Origin: an uncultured delta proteobacterium
GTDB taxonomy: Bacteria; Myxococcota; Kuafuiibacteriia; Kuafuiibacteriales; Kuafuiibacteriaceae
Reading direction: 5' to 3'
Assembly: GCA_963803435.1 (NCBI GenBank)
Contig: CAWDML010000014.1
Location: 160,001-224,000 of the forward strand
Length of the DNA: 64,000 bases
Each line of letters opens with the position of its first letter. Within the stretch, counting starts at the first letter, position 1. Below, piece by piece: positions 61,962 through 64,000 of this stretch. The position numbers and the translations under genes are program-made. The notes below the pieces were generated by a model that saw nothing but the letters and a program-made list of their open reading frames with translations, ran no database searches and had not been told where the DNA came from.

Positions 61962-62037
61962 AGGATCGTGGCGCGCGACCTTGGCGAAGCCGGCGTCGAC
62001 GACACAGGTGACGCCCTGTGACGCCCTCGATCGTGAG
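61962..62037 (-). pseudogene. HrpB/HrpA DEAH-helicase motif V fragment with a 10-bp tandem duplication
   Basis: LTIEGVT / GVTCVVDAGFAKVARHDP, interrupted by GTGACGCCCT x2 at 62008-62027. Confidence 0.55.
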
Positions 62038-62143
62038 GATTCGAGGCCGAGATCCGATCGAACCGAATGCCTCGACGGCGGTCGATTACGCCCTGTGTGG
62101 TCTTGCTGAGGCAATCCGCTGAGGACGGGTCACCCGTGCCTGC

Positions 62144-63796
62144 TCAACGCGATCCCTCTACCAAGACCAGCGCGCTGCGGGCCGGGAGCTGCAGCGGCAG
62201 GACGCCGTCCTTCTCCACCTCGAAGCGACGCTCGCCGGAGAACAGCACGTCCACCAGCTTCGTCCCCCGGGAGAAGGACGTGGAGACGTCCGCGCTGGCG
62301 CTGCGCTTCGCGTGCGCGTTGATCGCGATCAGCACGGTCTGTCCCTCCCAGCTCCGCTCGTAGACCAGGAGCCCCGCGTCGTCGGCGCTGCTCTCGAGCC
62401 CGTCGTGCTCGCTCGCGTAGCGGACCGTCAGATCGCCGTAGCGGAGCGCGGGGAGCCCCTTGCGGAGCTCGGCCAGGTGCGCGATCAGCTCGTACTGGTA
62501 CGTGTCCTCGCGGAAGCCGGAGATCCACAAACGCTCGCGCGAGGAGTCGCCGCCCATGCCGATGAACCCTTGCTCGGTCCCGTAGTAGACCGCCGGGATC
62601 GCGTCGACCGTGAACACGATCGCGAGCGCCAGGGGGACCACGCGCGGGTCGTCCTCGATCTCCGCTGCGATGCGCCACATGTCGTGGTTGTCGGCGAAGG
62701 CGACGCGCGCCTGCCACGGGGTCAGGCCGACGCCCTGGTCCTGGGGCGCGTCCGGGTAGAGGGCGCGGTAGGCCTCGAGCGGTCCGATCGCCGTGGCCGC
62801 AGGCGCCCCGTCGAGCAGCACCGCGTCAATCGCCTCCCACTTGAGCGAGAAGTCGAAGACGGCGTCGAACTGTCCGGGTCCCACGTAGCTCGCCAGGACC
62901 TCCGGATCCGGGTTGAAGACCTCTCCGAGGAGAAAGAACCCCTCCTTCCCCTCCTCGGCCAGGCGAGCCCGCAAGGACGAGCAGAAGCGCGCCCAGAAGG
63001 CCCGCGGCACGTGCGGGACGGCGTCGAGCCGGAAGCCGTCGACGCCGGTGAGCTCGACCCAGTGGACGTACGTCTCGATCAGCGCCTCGATCACCTCCTC
63101 GTTCTCGGTGTCGAGATCGCGGAGCCCGGTGGGGAAGTCGCCCAGCTCGCGCTCCTCCTGGTCGGCGGTGATGAACTGGCCCCGCCGGTGAAAGTGGCGC
63201 TCGTCGAGCTCGAGCACACCGCCCCTCGTGAACATGCGCGGGCGCTCCGCCACCGTCCACACCAGCGGCGCGTCGACCGGACCGTCGGGGGAGTAGGGCG
63301 GATAGCGCTCGCCCTCGTCGAGCACACCGTCCCGATCGAGGTCGTAGAAGAAGACGCGGCCGGTGTGGTTCGTGACCACGTCGACGATCACCTTGATCCC
63401 GAGCGCGTGCGCATCGTCCACCAGCCCCTGGAGCTCCTCGAGCGTCCCGAACCGTGGGTTCGTGCGCGTGAAGTCGGTGGCCCAGTAGCCGTGGTAGCCG
63501 TCCTGCTGCTCGGCATGATCGACGTTCTCGACCACGGGCGAGATCCAGAGGGCGGTCACGCCCAACCGCGACAGGTAGCCGAGCCGCCGCCTGATCCCGG
63601 CCCAGTCGCCGCCCTGGTGGCGCGCCAGGTCGCCGACCACCACGCCCTGATCGTTGGTGGGATCCGCGTCGTCGAAGCGATCGACGACGATCTGGTAGAT
63701 GAAGTCGTCGCGCCAGTCTCCGAGGGGAGCGCGGGTCTTCGGCCCTCCGCACGCGGAGAGCAGCAGCGCCAGCGCGGTGAGCCCTCGAGCGCTCAT
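62144..63796 (-). CDS. GH13 alpha-amylase family lipoprotein
   Basis: Lipobox LSAC, YQIVVDRF, GGDWAG, YHGYW, DVVTNH, GFRLDAVPH, GEVF, DNHD, YYGTEQ. Confidence 0.93.
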   Translation of the reverse strand: MSARGLTALALLLSACGGPKTRAPLGDWRDDFIYQIVVDRFDDADPTNDQGVVVGDLARHQGGDWAGIRRRLGYLSRLGVTALWISPVVENVDHAEQQDGYHGYWATDFTRTNPRFGTLEELQGLVDDAHALGIKVIVDVVTNHTGRVFFYDLDRDGVLDEGERYPPYSPDGPVDAPLVWTVAERPRMFTRGGVLELDERHFHRRGQFITADQEERELGDFPTGLRDLDTENEEVIEALIETYVHWVELTGVDGFRLDAVPHVPRAFWARFCSSLRARLAEEGKEGFFLLGEVFNPDPEVLASYVGPGQFDAVFDFSLKWEAIDAVLLDGAPAATAIGPLEAYRALYPDAPQDQGVGLTPWQARVAFADNHDMWRIAAEIEDDPRVVPLALAIVFTVDAIPAVYYGTEQGFIGMGGDSSRERLWISGFREDTYQYELIAHLAELRKGLPALRYGDLTVRYASEHDGLESSADDAGLLVYERSWEGQTVLIAINAHAKRSASADVSTSFSRGTKLVDVLFSGERRFEVEKDGVLPLQLPARSALVLVEGSR

Positions 63797-64000
63797 TCCC
63801 GCAGGACCGCGAACCCCCGCGCCGGGACGGAGACCGAGCCGCCGGCGACCGCACCCCCCGTGATCAGATCCGTGAACGGCCCGGTCCCCACGTCGAGCGT
63901 GCGCGGGGTGTCGCCGCGGTTGATCGCGACGACGATCGGCGCCGAGTCCATCCCGCAGCCGCTCATCCGGTACACCCAGGTGTCCTGATCCGCCGAGAGG
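63793..64000 (-). CDS. C-terminal beta domain of an upstream probable GH13 enzyme (5' part outside the window)
   Basis: TWVYRM...IVVAINRG...FTDLITG...VPARGFAVL; ATGA overlap with the next gene. Confidence 0.65.
   Translation of the reverse strand, partial: LSADQDTWVYRMSGCGMDSAPIVVAINRGDTPRTLDVGTGPFTDLITGGAVAGGSVSVPARGFAVLRE

Overview
Very GC-rich bacterial chromosome segment whose gene content (MYXO-CTERM-like C-termini, Hanks kinases, TIGR02996-type LRR protein, DUF1501/DUF1588-type cytochrome cluster, RedB-like protein) points to Myxococcota; this taxonomy is an inference. About 50 CDS and two tRNAs (Gln-CTG, Glu-CTC) were found. Housekeeping genes include icd, glgC, pcm, an opp/dpp ABC operon, clpX, lgt and a PEPS/PPDK regulatory protein. 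The first ~15 kb and oppB contain many frameshifts, even in icd, which looks like long-read indel error rather than pseudogenisation. Most notable: (1) two MYXO-CTERM metalloproteases read as one ORF, divergent from a CPBP protease that is a candidate sortase; (2) a divergent RedB-like + membrane CheA-like kinase / REC-CheC + PAS-GGDEF-EAL module; (3) a ~600 bp mosaic of hrpB-, RHS- and DUF5372-like fragments; (4) a metallopeptidase operon with paralogous secreted proteins; (5) repeated -10 boxes 6-9 nt before start codons, suggesting leaderless mRNAs. No CRISPR array, rRNA or intact mobile element was seen. All family assignments come from motif recognition by eye; no database searches were run.
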